Shown here in pieces: positions 1 through 8,627 of a stretch of DNA of 56,784 bases. Each line of letters starts with the position of its first letter. Within the stretch, counting starts at the first letter, position 1. The position numbers and the translations under genes are program-made. Source of the DNA: Candidatus Woesearchaeota archaeon (GTDB lineage: Archaea > Nanobdellota > Nanobdellia > Pacearchaeales > GW2011-AR1); assembly GCA_964389765.1 (NCBI GenBank), contig CAYMES010000001.1:6786-63569 (forward strand), given 5' to 3'. The notes below the pieces were generated by a model, which ran no database searches, had not been told where the DNA came from, and saw only the letters and a list, made by a program, of their open reading frames with translations.

Positions 1-81
1 GAGTTATGATGAAGAAGATTTATTATGGAGTTATGATGAAGAAGATTTATTATGGAGTTATGATGAAGAAGATTTATTATG
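1..81 (+). repeat. Perfect 27-bp tandem repeat x3 (gagttatgatgaagaagatttattatg), in frame, encoding SYDEEDLLW x3; may continue upstream of the window
   Basis: Direct reading shows that units 1-27, 28-54 and 55-81 are identical. Confidence 0.95.
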
Positions 82-1543
82 GGATAAAGTGCATAAAGAT
101 TTTGATGATAAGGGAAAAGAATTAACTTTGGATGATTTTGATGAAGGAGATTATTATTGGGAAGTGGAATGTTATGATAACTCCTCAAACAATAATCGGA
201 AAGGATATGTTTTTGAAGTTAATTTTTCAGATAATGGAGGAAACAAGGATAATGGAGAAGGTAATGAAAACACTGTTAATCTAAATTCAGATGAAGATGA
301 AAACAACACTTATGAAAGAAAAGGGGAAGTAGAAAATCTTGTAGATTCTATAAATAGTTTTTTAGAAAAAGAAAAAACATTTGATGCTGAACAAAAAGAG
401 GCTCTAGAAGATCTTGATTTGGGAAAAAAACTTAATTTTTATAAAAAAAGGCTGCTTCAAATTGATCAGGATTTGAAACATAATATTAAATTTATTACAG
501 ATCAGGATTTGAAACAACAAAGAATAAAGGATATGAATGAAGAAATAGACGAAATAAATGGGAAAGTTCCAACAGATTTGCAGGTAAAAGAAAGCTATAG
601 TTTTGTTAAAAATAGTGTAGAAGGAGATTTAGAAGAAGTTATTAAAAATTATATGGAAGCTCAAAATACAGAAGTAAGTAAAAGAACAATTAGGAAAATA
701 ACTCAGGCTAATTTATTGCTTCAACAACATATTTCAATTAAAGCAGAAGTAAGGAAAGTTAAGATGACATATGAAAATAAAGAAAAAGAAATTACATTAA
801 TTAAAAAAGAAATAAATATTAAAAATAATTCTCATGAAAAAATCCTTGAAATAATTCCCAAGCAAATTGAAGAAAATGCAGATAATCTTGTTTTTTTACA
901 AGACGTGGAAGTAATTAAACAAGACCCTATTATTGAAATAAATTATAATGATCTTGAAAATGGAAAATTAGTTTATTATGTTGAAAAATTTGTTAATCTA
1001 AAAGATACTGAGAAAATTCAAACAATTTTATTTGATGAAAAATTAAAAAGTTCTGGAATAGGAATTACTGGTTTTTTTATATTTGAATTAGGAGAAGAAA
1101 GCCCTTTATATTATGCTCTTTTTGTAATTCTTCTTATAGGGCTTGTTTATTTATCTACTTTTATATTTCAAAAATTAAAGATAGGAAGATGGAAAAAAGA
1201 GCCAAATGTTGTTAGAAGTTTTGAGCTTGTTTCAAGCACAAATAGAGCAATAAAAGAAAAGGATTTGGAAAAAGCAAGGGAAGATTATCATAAATTAAAA
1301 GAAATATACCCTTTATTACCTCAAAACTGTAAAAACTTCTTTTATAAAAAAATTAATAAATTATTATTAGAAATAGATAAAAGAGATATTTTTAATCTTG
1401 TAAGAGAATATGAAGAAGCAAGAAGAGAAAAAAGAAAAGAAGATAAATTAAGAATTTATGAGGATATTAAAAAGATTTATAAAAGACTTCCTAAAAAATA
1501 TAGGGAGAAGGTTTATGAAAGAGTTATAAAAAGAGAGTTTTAA
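2..1543 (+). CDS. Hypothetical acidic, coiled-coil, single-pass membrane protein; 5' end cut by the window edge
   Basis: The frame of the listed ORF (89..1543) stays open back to nt 2 (SYDEEDLLW x3, then DKVHKDF). There is one hydrophobic helix (LYYALFVILLIGLVYLSTFIF) and a K/R/E-rich C-terminal tail. I recognise no family. Confidence 0.6.
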   Translation, partial: SYDEEDLLWSYDEEDLLWSYDEEDLLWDKVHKDFDDKGKELTLDDFDEGDYYWEVECYDNSSNNNRKGYVFEVNFSDNGGNKDNGEGNENTVNLNSDEDENNTYERKGEVENLVDSINSFLEKEKTFDAEQKEALEDLDLGKKLNFYKKRLLQIDQDLKHNIKFITDQDLKQQRIKDMNEEIDEINGKVPTDLQVKESYSFVKNSVEGDLEEVIKNYMEAQNTEVSKRTIRKITQANLLLQQHISIKAEVRKVKMTYENKEKEITLIKKEINIKNNSHEKILEIIPKQIEENADNLVFLQDVEVIKQDPIIEINYNDLENGKLVYYVEKFVNLKDTEKIQTILFDEKLKSSGIGITGFFIFELGEESPLYYALFVILLIGLVYLSTFIFQKLKIGRWKKEPNVVRSFELVSSTNRAIKEKDLEKAREDYHKLKEIYPLLPQNCKNFFYKKINKLLLEIDKRDIFNLVREYEEARREKRKEDKLRIYEDIKKIYKRLPKKYREKVYERVIKREF

Positions 1544-1637
1544 AACAAATTCTTATGAAAACATAAATATTTATAAATCTTAATAAACATATTATATTCT
1601 CTTCTGGGAAAAAGAGTTTAGTGATGTTTTAAATTAG

Positions 1638-2168
1638 ATGAAATATTTTAAGGATATAATGATGCAGGGCAGATTTGAAGCAATTGGAAAATGGGAAGAT
1701 GAAATTGAAGAGGTGAGAAAGGATAAAGATGCTCTTGGTTTGTTAATTCAAAAAGGTCCTGAATATTCTTATAAAGATACAGAAGAGATAGATTTTGTAG
1801 GAAAAGATTTATGGAATTATAGAAATGATTGGAGGGAAAAAGAAAAAAATAATTCTGAAATAAATGTTATTAAAGCTTACTATTGCAAGGTTATTGCAGC
1901 TAAAAATTTTCAAAGATTAGGAGAAAGAGATAGATATCCTAAAAATGTAGATACTTTAGAAAAAGCTGCTTTTTCATATGACAAAGCAGCTAAAAATGCA
2001 GATTGGCTTCACTTATATGAAACAGCTGCTATATGCAGGATTAAAGCTTGCAAGATTTATGATTTTCTTAAAAAAATAACTAAAACTTCAAGATATGATG
2101 GAGATTTAAAGCATGCAGCTGAACATATAAAAGAAATTGCTAAACCAGTTGAAAATAACCCCTACTAA
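1638..2168 (+). CDS. Hypothetical, probably all-helical soluble protein
   Basis: Clean 176-aa ORF on the same strand as its neighbours. No recognisable motif. Confidence 0.5.
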   Translation: MKYFKDIMMQGRFEAIGKWEDEIEEVRKDKDALGLLIQKGPEYSYKDTEEIDFVGKDLWNYRNDWREKEKNNSEINVIKAYYCKVIAAKNFQRLGERDRYPKNVDTLEKAAFSYDKAAKNADWLHLYETAAICRIKACKIYDFLKKITKTSRYDGDLKHAAEHIKEIAKPVENNPY

Positions 2169-2176
2169 AAAATAAA

Positions 2177-2908
2177 ATGGCTACATTTATTGCAACAGAT
2201 TATCATGGAAAAAATCCCTTTCCTATTATAAAAAAATTACAAAGAAAAGGGATTAATAAAATAGTAAGCTTAGGAGATTATGATGACCCTAAAATTCTTG
2301 AATTGTTAATTGATTTAGATATAGAAAAAAGGTTGTTAGTTGGAAATCATGACTATCATTTTTCAAGAAGCGAGAAAGTTTATTCTAGTCTTCTTCAACG
2401 CCCTCCTGAACATTATATAGAAATGTGGTTAAATAATCCAAAATCGCTTAAATTCGTATTAGAAGCAGGCAGGATAGGGAATAAAAGGGCTGGAAAGAAA
2501 AAAGGCAAAAAAATTGTTGAAAGAATAAAAGATAAAAGAGTTGCATATGTTCATGGCTCTTTAGGAAGATATGATGGAGATGATCCATGGAGAGATTGTT
2601 TTTTATGGGGAAGGCTTATTAAAGGAAAAAATAGGGCAAAAGATACATTTAAAGAAATGAAAAGATTAGATTATTGGATATTGTTCAGAGGACATGATCA
2701 TTTTTCAGAAGTCTGGAGCATATATAAAAAATCTAACCCTTATAAGGGAAAGATAAAATCAGTAATTCCTAAAAAAAATAAAAAAATAAAATTTAGAAAA
2801 GATAGGAGATATATTGTTAATATTGGGGCTTTTAAATTTGGAACATATGTTTTATTTGATGAAAAAAATGCAGAAATAGAGTTTTGTTCTTGGAAAGATT
2901 TAAGATAA
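2177..2908 (+). CDS. Calcineurin-like metallophosphoesterase
   Basis: The phosphoesterase motifs occur in the canonical order: TDYHG (DxH), SLGDYDD (GD), VGNHDY (GNHD), VHGS, RGHDH (GHxH). Confidence 0.7.
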   Translation: MATFIATDYHGKNPFPIIKKLQRKGINKIVSLGDYDDPKILELLIDLDIEKRLLVGNHDYHFSRSEKVYSSLLQRPPEHYIEMWLNNPKSLKFVLEAGRIGNKRAGKKKGKKIVERIKDKRVAYVHGSLGRYDGDDPWRDCFLWGRLIKGKNRAKDTFKEMKRLDYWILFRGHDHFSEVWSIYKKSNPYKGKIKSVIPKKNKKIKFRKDRRYIVNIGAFKFGTYVLFDEKNAEIEFCSWKDLR

Positions 2909-2968
2909 TTTGGATGTTTGTGATTTAAAATATAAATTTTTATATATTTTGATGTTTTTATATGGAAA

Positions 2969-3322
2969 ATGGGAAGCCGGGTCTCAAGGATTAATTTGCA
3001 ATATATAAATTTCCAAGAAGAAAGAAAACCGAAAATAGGGATTTATTATGTATTTTCAGAATATCTTGATAAAGGATTATGTAAGGAATTTAAGATAGAT
3101 CTTAAAAATTATTCAGAAAATAGAAAACAAAAAATAGAGCCAGTGTTAGATTATGAATTTATAAGTGAATCAGAACTTTTAGAGGGTTTAAAAAGAAATT
3201 TTGTTCAAGGTATAAAAACTAAAATTCCTGATAAGATAAGTTTTGAACAATTTTGTAAAGTTATAGCAGGAGTACATTTAAAAGAATTTTTTAAAAGGCA
3301 TGAATGGATTAGAGAAATATAG
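2969..3322 (+). CDS. Hypothetical protein
   Basis: 117-aa ORF on the same strand as its neighbours. No family recognised. Confidence 0.4.
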   Translation: MGSRVSRINLQYINFQEERKPKIGIYYVFSEYLDKGLCKEFKIDLKNYSENRKQKIEPVLDYEFISESELLEGLKRNFVQGIKTKIPDKISFEQFCKVIAGVHLKEFFKRHEWIREI

Positions 3323-3527
3323 TTAAATAGCAATAGAAAATTTTAATTTTTTAGATATGGAGCATATTATCTAAGATAGATTTCCTCTTTTTATAATAAA
3401 GAATTGGGTATTTTTATAGAAGGTTATAGTTAAACTATTATAATAAAGAATAAAATTCTATAAATCATCTAAAAGATTTCTAAAATAAACAGAAGATTTT
3501 AATTGGAATTTTCTTAATTTTGTTCCA
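3320..3527 (+). repeat. Copy 1 of a ~205-bp near-identical non-coding direct repeat (partner at 43014..43220)
   Basis: Side-by-side reading: tagttaaatagcaatagaaaattttaatt ... aattggaattttcttaattttgt is shared. Only a few substitutions or indels occur, near nt 3349-3370, plus one near the 3' end. Confidence 0.9.
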
Positions 3528-3581
3528 TTTCTGAGAATTTTAAGAGGTTTTAAAAACTCTCTTTTTCTAAGTATAGATACG

Positions 3582-3704
3582 ATGGAATTTCCAAAGTGTC
3601 CTAAGTGTAATGAGGGAAAACTTGTTCCATTTTCTTTTAAAGAAGATGTTTTTGAGAAATGGAAATGTACTCATTGCGGTTTTGAGTTGAAAAAGAAAGA
3701 ATAG
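3582..3704 (+). CDS. Unlisted 40-aa zinc-ribbon mini-protein (MEFPKCPKCNEGKLVPFSFKEDVFEKWKCTHCGFELKKKE)
   Basis: ATG at 3582 and TAG at 3702-3704. Two CxxC knuckles (CPKC ... CTHC) have spacing typical of a zinc ribbon. The ORF lies in an otherwise gene-free gap and is too short for the ORF track. Confidence 0.45.
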   Translation: MEFPKCPKCNEGKLVPFSFKEDVFEKWKCTHCGFELKKKE

Positions 3705-3783
3705 AGAAAAATTAAAAAGATTAATTTTTATAAAATTAAAAATTTAGCAAAGAATATTTAAATTTAAGTCTATTTGTAAGTAT

Positions 3784-5346
3784 ATGGTAAAGATATGGTA
3801 TTCTGTTTTTGGTGAAGGGTATGGGCACGCTATAAGAAGTAACACCATAATAGATAAATTAAGAAAAAAACATAAAATAATCATAACTGCATGTGACAAA
3901 GCATATCCTTATTTAAAGAAAAAACATAAAAATGTACATAAAATTAAAGGAGCAGGATTTGTTTATAAATCTAATCAAGTAGATATTGGCAAAACTATTA
4001 GAGAATTTTTAAATACATATCCAGAAAAAACAAAGAAGAATATAAAACATATTTTTAATTTAATAAAAAGATTTAAACCAGATATTATTATAAGTGATTT
4101 TGAACCTATTAGCCATTATTTTGCATTATTTCTTGGAATTCCTATCATAAGTATTGATAATATTAATATATTAGAAAAATGCAAGACAGATATTGGTCCA
4201 GAATATTGGTTTGATTTTTTAAATGCTAAACAGTTAATAAAGCTAATTAATCCTTATTCTGATTATTTTATTATTCCTTCTATAATTAATCTTCAACCAA
4301 AATATAAAGATGTTTTTATTGTTCCTCCTGTTTTAAGGGAAAAAATTTTAGAGAAAAAACCAGTAGAAAAAGATTTTATACTAGTTTATCAAAGTTCTTC
4401 TACATATAAAAAGCTTTTAAATGAACTTAAAAAAATTGATAAAAAATTTGTTATTTATGGGTTAGGTAAAAATAAAAAAGATAAAAATCTTGTTTTTAAA
4501 GATTTTAGCGAAAGAGGGTTTATTAAAGATTTAAAAAATTGCAAAGCAGCTATAGTTAATGGAGGTTTTACTACAATAAGCGAGGCTATTTATTTTAAAA
4601 AACCTGTTCTTGCTGTTCCTTTAAAAAATCAATTTGAACAGGTATTTAATGGGAAAACTATTAAAAAATTAGGCTATGGAACATGGTATAAAGAACTTGA
4701 TAAAAATAAAATTAAAAAATTTCTTTCTCAATTAAAAAAATATAAAAAAAATCTTGGTGATTTTGAAAAGAAAGATAATAAAGAATTATTTGATAAATTA
4801 GATTATTTGATAGGTGAGTTATCTCATAGAAAAAAACCAGTATTTGAATTTGTTAGAAAAATTGAAAAACAACTAAGATGGCCCAAATATGAAAGAACTC
4901 TCACAATTATTAAACCAGATGCTATTGAAAGCTCATTAGTGGGAGAAGTTATAAAAAAATTAGAAAAAAAACAAATAAATCCTGTTGGAATGAAAATGGT
5001 TAAATTAAATAAAAAAGATGCAGAAAAATTTTATAGCCATCTTAAAACAAAAATTCCAGAAGATGTCTTTGATTCTATAATAGATTATATAACTTCTAAT
5101 AGGGTGATAGTTATTGTATGGCAAGGTAAAGGGGTTGTGAAAAAAGTTAGAAAAACATGCGGCCCTACTAATCCTAAAGAAGCTGGAAAAAGAACAATTA
5201 GATCTCTTTCTAAAGAGGATATGGGAAAGGAATTTAGAAAAGGAAAAGCTGTTAAAAACATAATTCATTCAAGTTCTAATTCTAAAGAAGCTAAAAAAGA
5301 GATAAAGTTCTTTTTCAAGCCTTGGGAGATTTATAGAATAAAATGA
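3784..5346 (+). CDS. Fusion protein: MJ1255/GT28-like glycosyltransferase (aa 1 to ~345) plus nucleoside diphosphate kinase domain (aa 370-520)
   Basis: The N-terminus (WYSVFGEGYGHAIRS) and GGFTTISEAIYFKKP are typical of this glycosyltransferase family. From nt 4891 the NDK motifs follow: ERTLTIIKPDA, FYSHL, RTIRS, NIIHSS (catalytic His) and EIKFFF. The frame is uninterrupted. Confidence 0.8.
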   Translation: MVKIWYSVFGEGYGHAIRSNTIIDKLRKKHKIIITACDKAYPYLKKKHKNVHKIKGAGFVYKSNQVDIGKTIREFLNTYPEKTKKNIKHIFNLIKRFKPDIIISDFEPISHYFALFLGIPIISIDNINILEKCKTDIGPEYWFDFLNAKQLIKLINPYSDYFIIPSIINLQPKYKDVFIVPPVLREKILEKKPVEKDFILVYQSSSTYKKLLNELKKIDKKFVIYGLGKNKKDKNLVFKDFSERGFIKDLKNCKAAIVNGGFTTISEAIYFKKPVLAVPLKNQFEQVFNGKTIKKLGYGTWYKELDKNKIKKFLSQLKKYKKNLGDFEKKDNKELFDKLDYLIGELSHRKKPVFEFVRKIEKQLRWPKYERTLTIIKPDAIESSLVGEVIKKLEKKQINPVGMKMVKLNKKDAEKFYSHLKTKIPEDVFDSIIDYITSNRVIVIVWQGKGVVKKVRKTCGPTNPKEAGKRTIRSLSKEDMGKEFRKGKAVKNIIHSSSNSKEAKKEIKFFFKPWEIYRIK

Positions 5347-6161
5347 AAAAAATAGCATTAGTATATATGGTTGCAGGAATTTCTTCTAGATTTGGGGGAA
5401 AAATAAAGCAATTTGCAAAAATTGGGCCAAATAAAGAAACATTAATAGAAATATCTTTAAACCAAGCATTAAATGCAGGTTTTAATAAAATTATATTTAT
5501 TGTGGGAAATAAAACAGAGGAGCCATTTAAAAAGATGTTTGGAGATAATTATAAAGGGGTCCCTATTTCTTATACTTTACAAAAATTTAATCCCAAAAAA
5601 AGAGATAAGCCTTGGGGCACCACTGATGCATTATGTTCAGCTGAAAATATTATCCATGAACCTTTTGTTGTTTGTAATGGAGATGATCTTTATGGAAAAA
5701 AAGGTTTTATTGATTTATACAGTCATTTAAAAAATAGTGATGAAGAAGCAATATTAGCATATAAATTAAAACAGGTTCTTCCAAAAAAAGGTAAAGTAAA
5801 TAGAGGGATTGTTAAGGTTTCTGAAGGTTATGTACAAGATATAATAGAAACTTTTAATATAGAAAAAGATAAATTAAGTGAGAAAAATCTTAGTCTAAAT
5901 AATTTATGTTCATTAAATATATTTGCTTTACATCCTCGAGTATTAAAATTATTAAAAGAAAAATTAAAAGAATTTAAAAAACAAAATAAAGGAAGCAGAA
6001 ATTCAGAATGTTTGTTACCCATAGAAATTCCGAAATTGATTAAAGAGAAAAAAATTAAAATGAAGATAATCCCTGCTAAAGAAAAATGGATAGGAATTAC
6101 AAATCCTGAAGATGAGATAATAGTCAGAAAAGCTTTATCGTTGGGAAAGTTATATTCTTAA
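5343..6161 (+). CDS. Sugar-phosphate nucleotidyltransferase (NTP_transferase family)
   Basis: MVAGISSRFGG is a GxGxR-type nucleotide-binding signature, and CNGDDLYG is also present. The start overlaps the upstream stop (ATGA), implying translational coupling. Confidence 0.75.
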   Translation: MKKIALVYMVAGISSRFGGKIKQFAKIGPNKETLIEISLNQALNAGFNKIIFIVGNKTEEPFKKMFGDNYKGVPISYTLQKFNPKKRDKPWGTTDALCSAENIIHEPFVVCNGDDLYGKKGFIDLYSHLKNSDEEAILAYKLKQVLPKKGKVNRGIVKVSEGYVQDIIETFNIEKDKLSEKNLSLNNLCSLNIFALHPRVLKLLKEKLKEFKKQNKGSRNSECLLPIEIPKLIKEKKIKMKIIPAKEKWIGITNPEDEIIVRKALSLGKLYS

Positions 6162-6174
6162 ATAATTTTAGAAA

Positions 6175-6963
6175 ATGCAAGTAGATAAAAATATAGAAAA
6201 AAATAACTTGGTTCAGATTAATAATCTTATTCAGAGAGGGGAAAGAATGTTAAGTATGGTTGATTTGTTAAATGACAAAACTATCGATGATAAATTAGCA
6301 GGGTTTCTTTCATTACATATGCTGAATTGTTCTAGTTTTTTAACTGCTGCTAACCCAAATTTAGCTGGAAAAACAACCCTTATTGGTTCTATGTTAAATT
6401 TATTAAATCCTAAACAAAAAATAATTGCCGTCGATAAATTGCCATTTATCAGAGGAAAAATAAGTGAAGAATATTGTTTTCTTGCACATGAAATAGGTTC
6501 TGGACCATATTATAGCTATATATGGGGGCAAAAAGCGAAGGAATTTTTTTCTCTCGTCGATAAATCGATGGTTGTTTCTTGTATTCATGCTGATACATTA
6601 AAAGAAATGCAGGAGATATTAATAGAAGATGTAGAAATAAATAAAAAAGATTTTCAAAAAATAGATTTAAAATTGTTTTTAAAAATGTTTTATCTTCGAG
6701 GAAAAACAGAAAGAAGAGTTTCTGAGATTTATGAAAATCAAAAAGGCAGGCATGTTTTAATTTATAAGTGGGATGAAGAAAAAGATGTTTTTAAAAAATT
6801 AAATACATCTATTTTCGAAGATAAGTTTCAGGAAAAAACTTCTAACCTCCTCGGGAAGTTTTTTAAAAAAATGTTGGATGAAAAGATATTTAAAATTGAA
6901 GATATAAGAAAAAAATATTTAAAATTTCTTAAAAATAATCCAGATATACTTAATAAAATATAG
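6175..6963 (+). CDS. Short, degenerate PilT/VirB11/FlaI-like P-loop protein
   Basis: NLAGKTTLIGSMLNLL is Walker-A-like, SCIHADT matches the TiHA box, and RRVSEIYE matches the RRv.ei.E box of secretion ATPases. The Asp box and Walker B acidic residues are not evident. The protein is only 262 aa. Confidence 0.5.
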   Translation: MQVDKNIEKNNLVQINNLIQRGERMLSMVDLLNDKTIDDKLAGFLSLHMLNCSSFLTAANPNLAGKTTLIGSMLNLLNPKQKIIAVDKLPFIRGKISEEYCFLAHEIGSGPYYSYIWGQKAKEFFSLVDKSMVVSCIHADTLKEMQEILIEDVEINKKDFQKIDLKLFLKMFYLRGKTERRVSEIYENQKGRHVLIYKWDEEKDVFKKLNTSIFEDKFQEKTSNLLGKFFKKMLDEKIFKIEDIRKKYLKFLKNNPDILNKI

Positions 6964-7009
6964 TTTAAAACATATAAATATTTTTATAATAATTTTTGGA
7001 TTATTGTTT

Positions 7010-7378
7010 ATGGAAGATTTTGTTTCAGTTGGGGTAAGTTTAGGAAGAATTCATAATATGTTTATAGCTTTTTATGAAGGCTATGATCAAAGAAATAAAA
7101 AGGGAATAACTGATTATAGACAAGAAGCAAGATATTTTTCAGGAACTTATTTTTGTACTTCTTTAAAAAAAGATGATTTTGGAGATGTTTGTGAAAATTT
7201 AGCTAAATTTTTATTTGAACACCAATTACATCCATTATTTGAATATAACAAATTAATTAATGAAAAAGCTTTAGAAAATACTTCTTTACAAGGTTTAGAA
7301 AAAGAAATTCAGGGAATAAAAAAACAAGATATTGACAGAGCAAGAAATACAGGGCATAAATTAGCTTGTTTAAGCTGA
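7010..7378 (+). CDS. Hypothetical protein
   Basis: The ORF track starts at TTG 7004. The first ATG, at 7010, is the more likely start. No family recognised. Confidence 0.4.
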   Translation: MEDFVSVGVSLGRIHNMFIAFYEGYDQRNKKGITDYRQEARYFSGTYFCTSLKKDDFGDVCENLAKFLFEHQLHPLFEYNKLINEKALENTSLQGLEKEIQGIKKQDIDRARNTGHKLACLS

Positions 7379-7804
7379 AATCCTATTATTATTTAATCTA
7401 AACTGTTATTAATTTATGTATATACTTTTGTATATAATAATTTTTATTGTATTTTGTTTTTAAATTTAGGGTGTTTTAAATTTTCCAAGAAAGTTTTTCA
7501 GAAGGTATTTTTTGATATTTTCTCAAATTAGAAAAATAGATATTTTGTTTTCTTATAAACCTTCCTTTTGAACTATTAACATCTGCTTCAAGTCATTCAT
7601 TACCTCTTTGTCCTTCTTGACACTAAAAAGCTAAAATTTGGTAAGGTTCTGAATTATTATCTTGAAAAATAAACCAATTACTTGGTTAAGGTTTATTAAT
7701 AGAATCATATAAGCTTTCCATACATTATTATGTAGATTTAGATATTTATATAATTAATTGATTATTTAAAAGAACAATTATACATTACTTAAAAAAGACA
7801 AAGA

Positions 7805-7812
7805 TTTAAATA
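7805..7812 (+). promoter_or_regulatory. TATA-box-like element (tttaaata) about 22 nt upstream of the RRM gene start, implying a near-leaderless mRNA
   Basis: The sequence and spacing fit archaeal TATA/TSS geometry. AT-rich background makes chance matches common. Confidence 0.3.
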
Positions 7813-7833
7813 CCCGCAAAAATAAAGATTAAT

Positions 7834-8088
7834 ATGGGAAATAAAATTTATGTTGGAAATTTGCCATATAGTGTTGACGATGGCCAACTTCAGAAAATGT
7901 TTTCTGAATTTGGAGAAATAAGTGAAGCAACCATGATAACTGACAAATTTTCAGGAAGATCAAAAGGCTTTGGTTTTGTTACTTTTGCAGATGAAGAATC
8001 TGCTAAAAAAGCTATTTCTGAGATGAATGAGAAAGAAATTGAAGGAAGAGCAATTAAAGTTGCAGAAGCTAGACCTCAAAGAGAATAA
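7834..8088 (+). CDS. Single-RRM RNA-binding protein (bacterial Rbp-like)
   Basis: RNP2 (IYVGNL) and RNP1 (KGFGFVTF) are present at canonical spacing in an 84-aa protein. Confidence 0.85.
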   Translation: MGNKIYVGNLPYSVDDGQLQKMFSEFGEISEATMITDKFSGRSKGFGFVTFADEESAKKAISEMNEKEIEGRAIKVAEARPQRE

Positions 8089-8115
8089 GTAAAAAAGGCT
8101 TGTAAAGAATAAGTA

Positions 8116-8140
8116 TTTTTCTTTTTTTGTTGTTTTTTTT
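8116..8140 (+). terminator. Oligo-T tracts (T5, T7, T8) downstream of the RRM gene; archaeal-type terminator candidate
   Basis: T-runs lie 28-52 nt after the stop codon. Confidence 0.4.
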
Positions 8141-8594
8141 ATTATATGTATTTTGGAATCTGAGAGATTATAAAAAAATAAGAGAAAGCAGATCTATTAT
8201 AAAAAATCCAGAATTAGAGAAATTATTAAAACTAATATTATTTTAGCTATCTGCTTAGGTTTTGTCCAAAAACTACCTCTCCAAACACTCCTTATTTTAT
8301 TACATTATCTGTCTGTTGTTTAGGATATTGTAAAGTTAGTGAATTTTCTTCTAGATCTTGTTTTTGAGATTTTTTCATATTATTATAAAAATAAATGTAT
8401 TTAAACAATTATCTAAATTTGTTTTAAATCCTAAGTAGGATAATACCAAATTTTGAAAAAAATCTCTCAAAATGCCTATAATTAAATAATTTTAAAATAA
8501 AGTTAGGATTACGGATAATGTATCTTGTGCGAAGTTTTATGCTATTTTGCAAGTTTTTTTGTTATTTTTATGGATTTTTGCTATTTTTTTATAC

Positions 8595-8627
8595 TTGCAG
8601 GAAGTTTTAGGTTTTGCTTAAAAGTTT
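8595..8627 (+). repeat. Copy A (3'-truncated) of the conserved intergenic core TTGCAGGAAGTTTTAGGTTTTGCTTAAAAGTTT
   Basis: Matches copies B and C, differing from B at one position. Preceded by the same T-rich GGATTTTT-type tract. Overlaps the stop codon of the 8618..8758 gene. Confidence 0.85.

Noticed and set aside
7668-7700. Mutually exclusive hairpins in the RRM gene upstream region (AACCAA-TTAC-TTGGTT versus AATAAACC...GGTTTATT), suggestive of a riboswitch or thermosensor.
   Set aside because: The stems are short and A/U-rich, so they are expected by chance in this composition. The TATA-like box at 7805 suggests that transcription starts downstream of them.
8292-8378. A 28-aa minus-strand ORF (MKKSQKQDLEENSLTLQYPKQQTDNVIK) in the long gap downstream of the RRM gene.
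   Set aside because: It is too short and has no motif, hydrophobic segment or recognisable signal. It cannot be distinguished from chance in AT-rich DNA.
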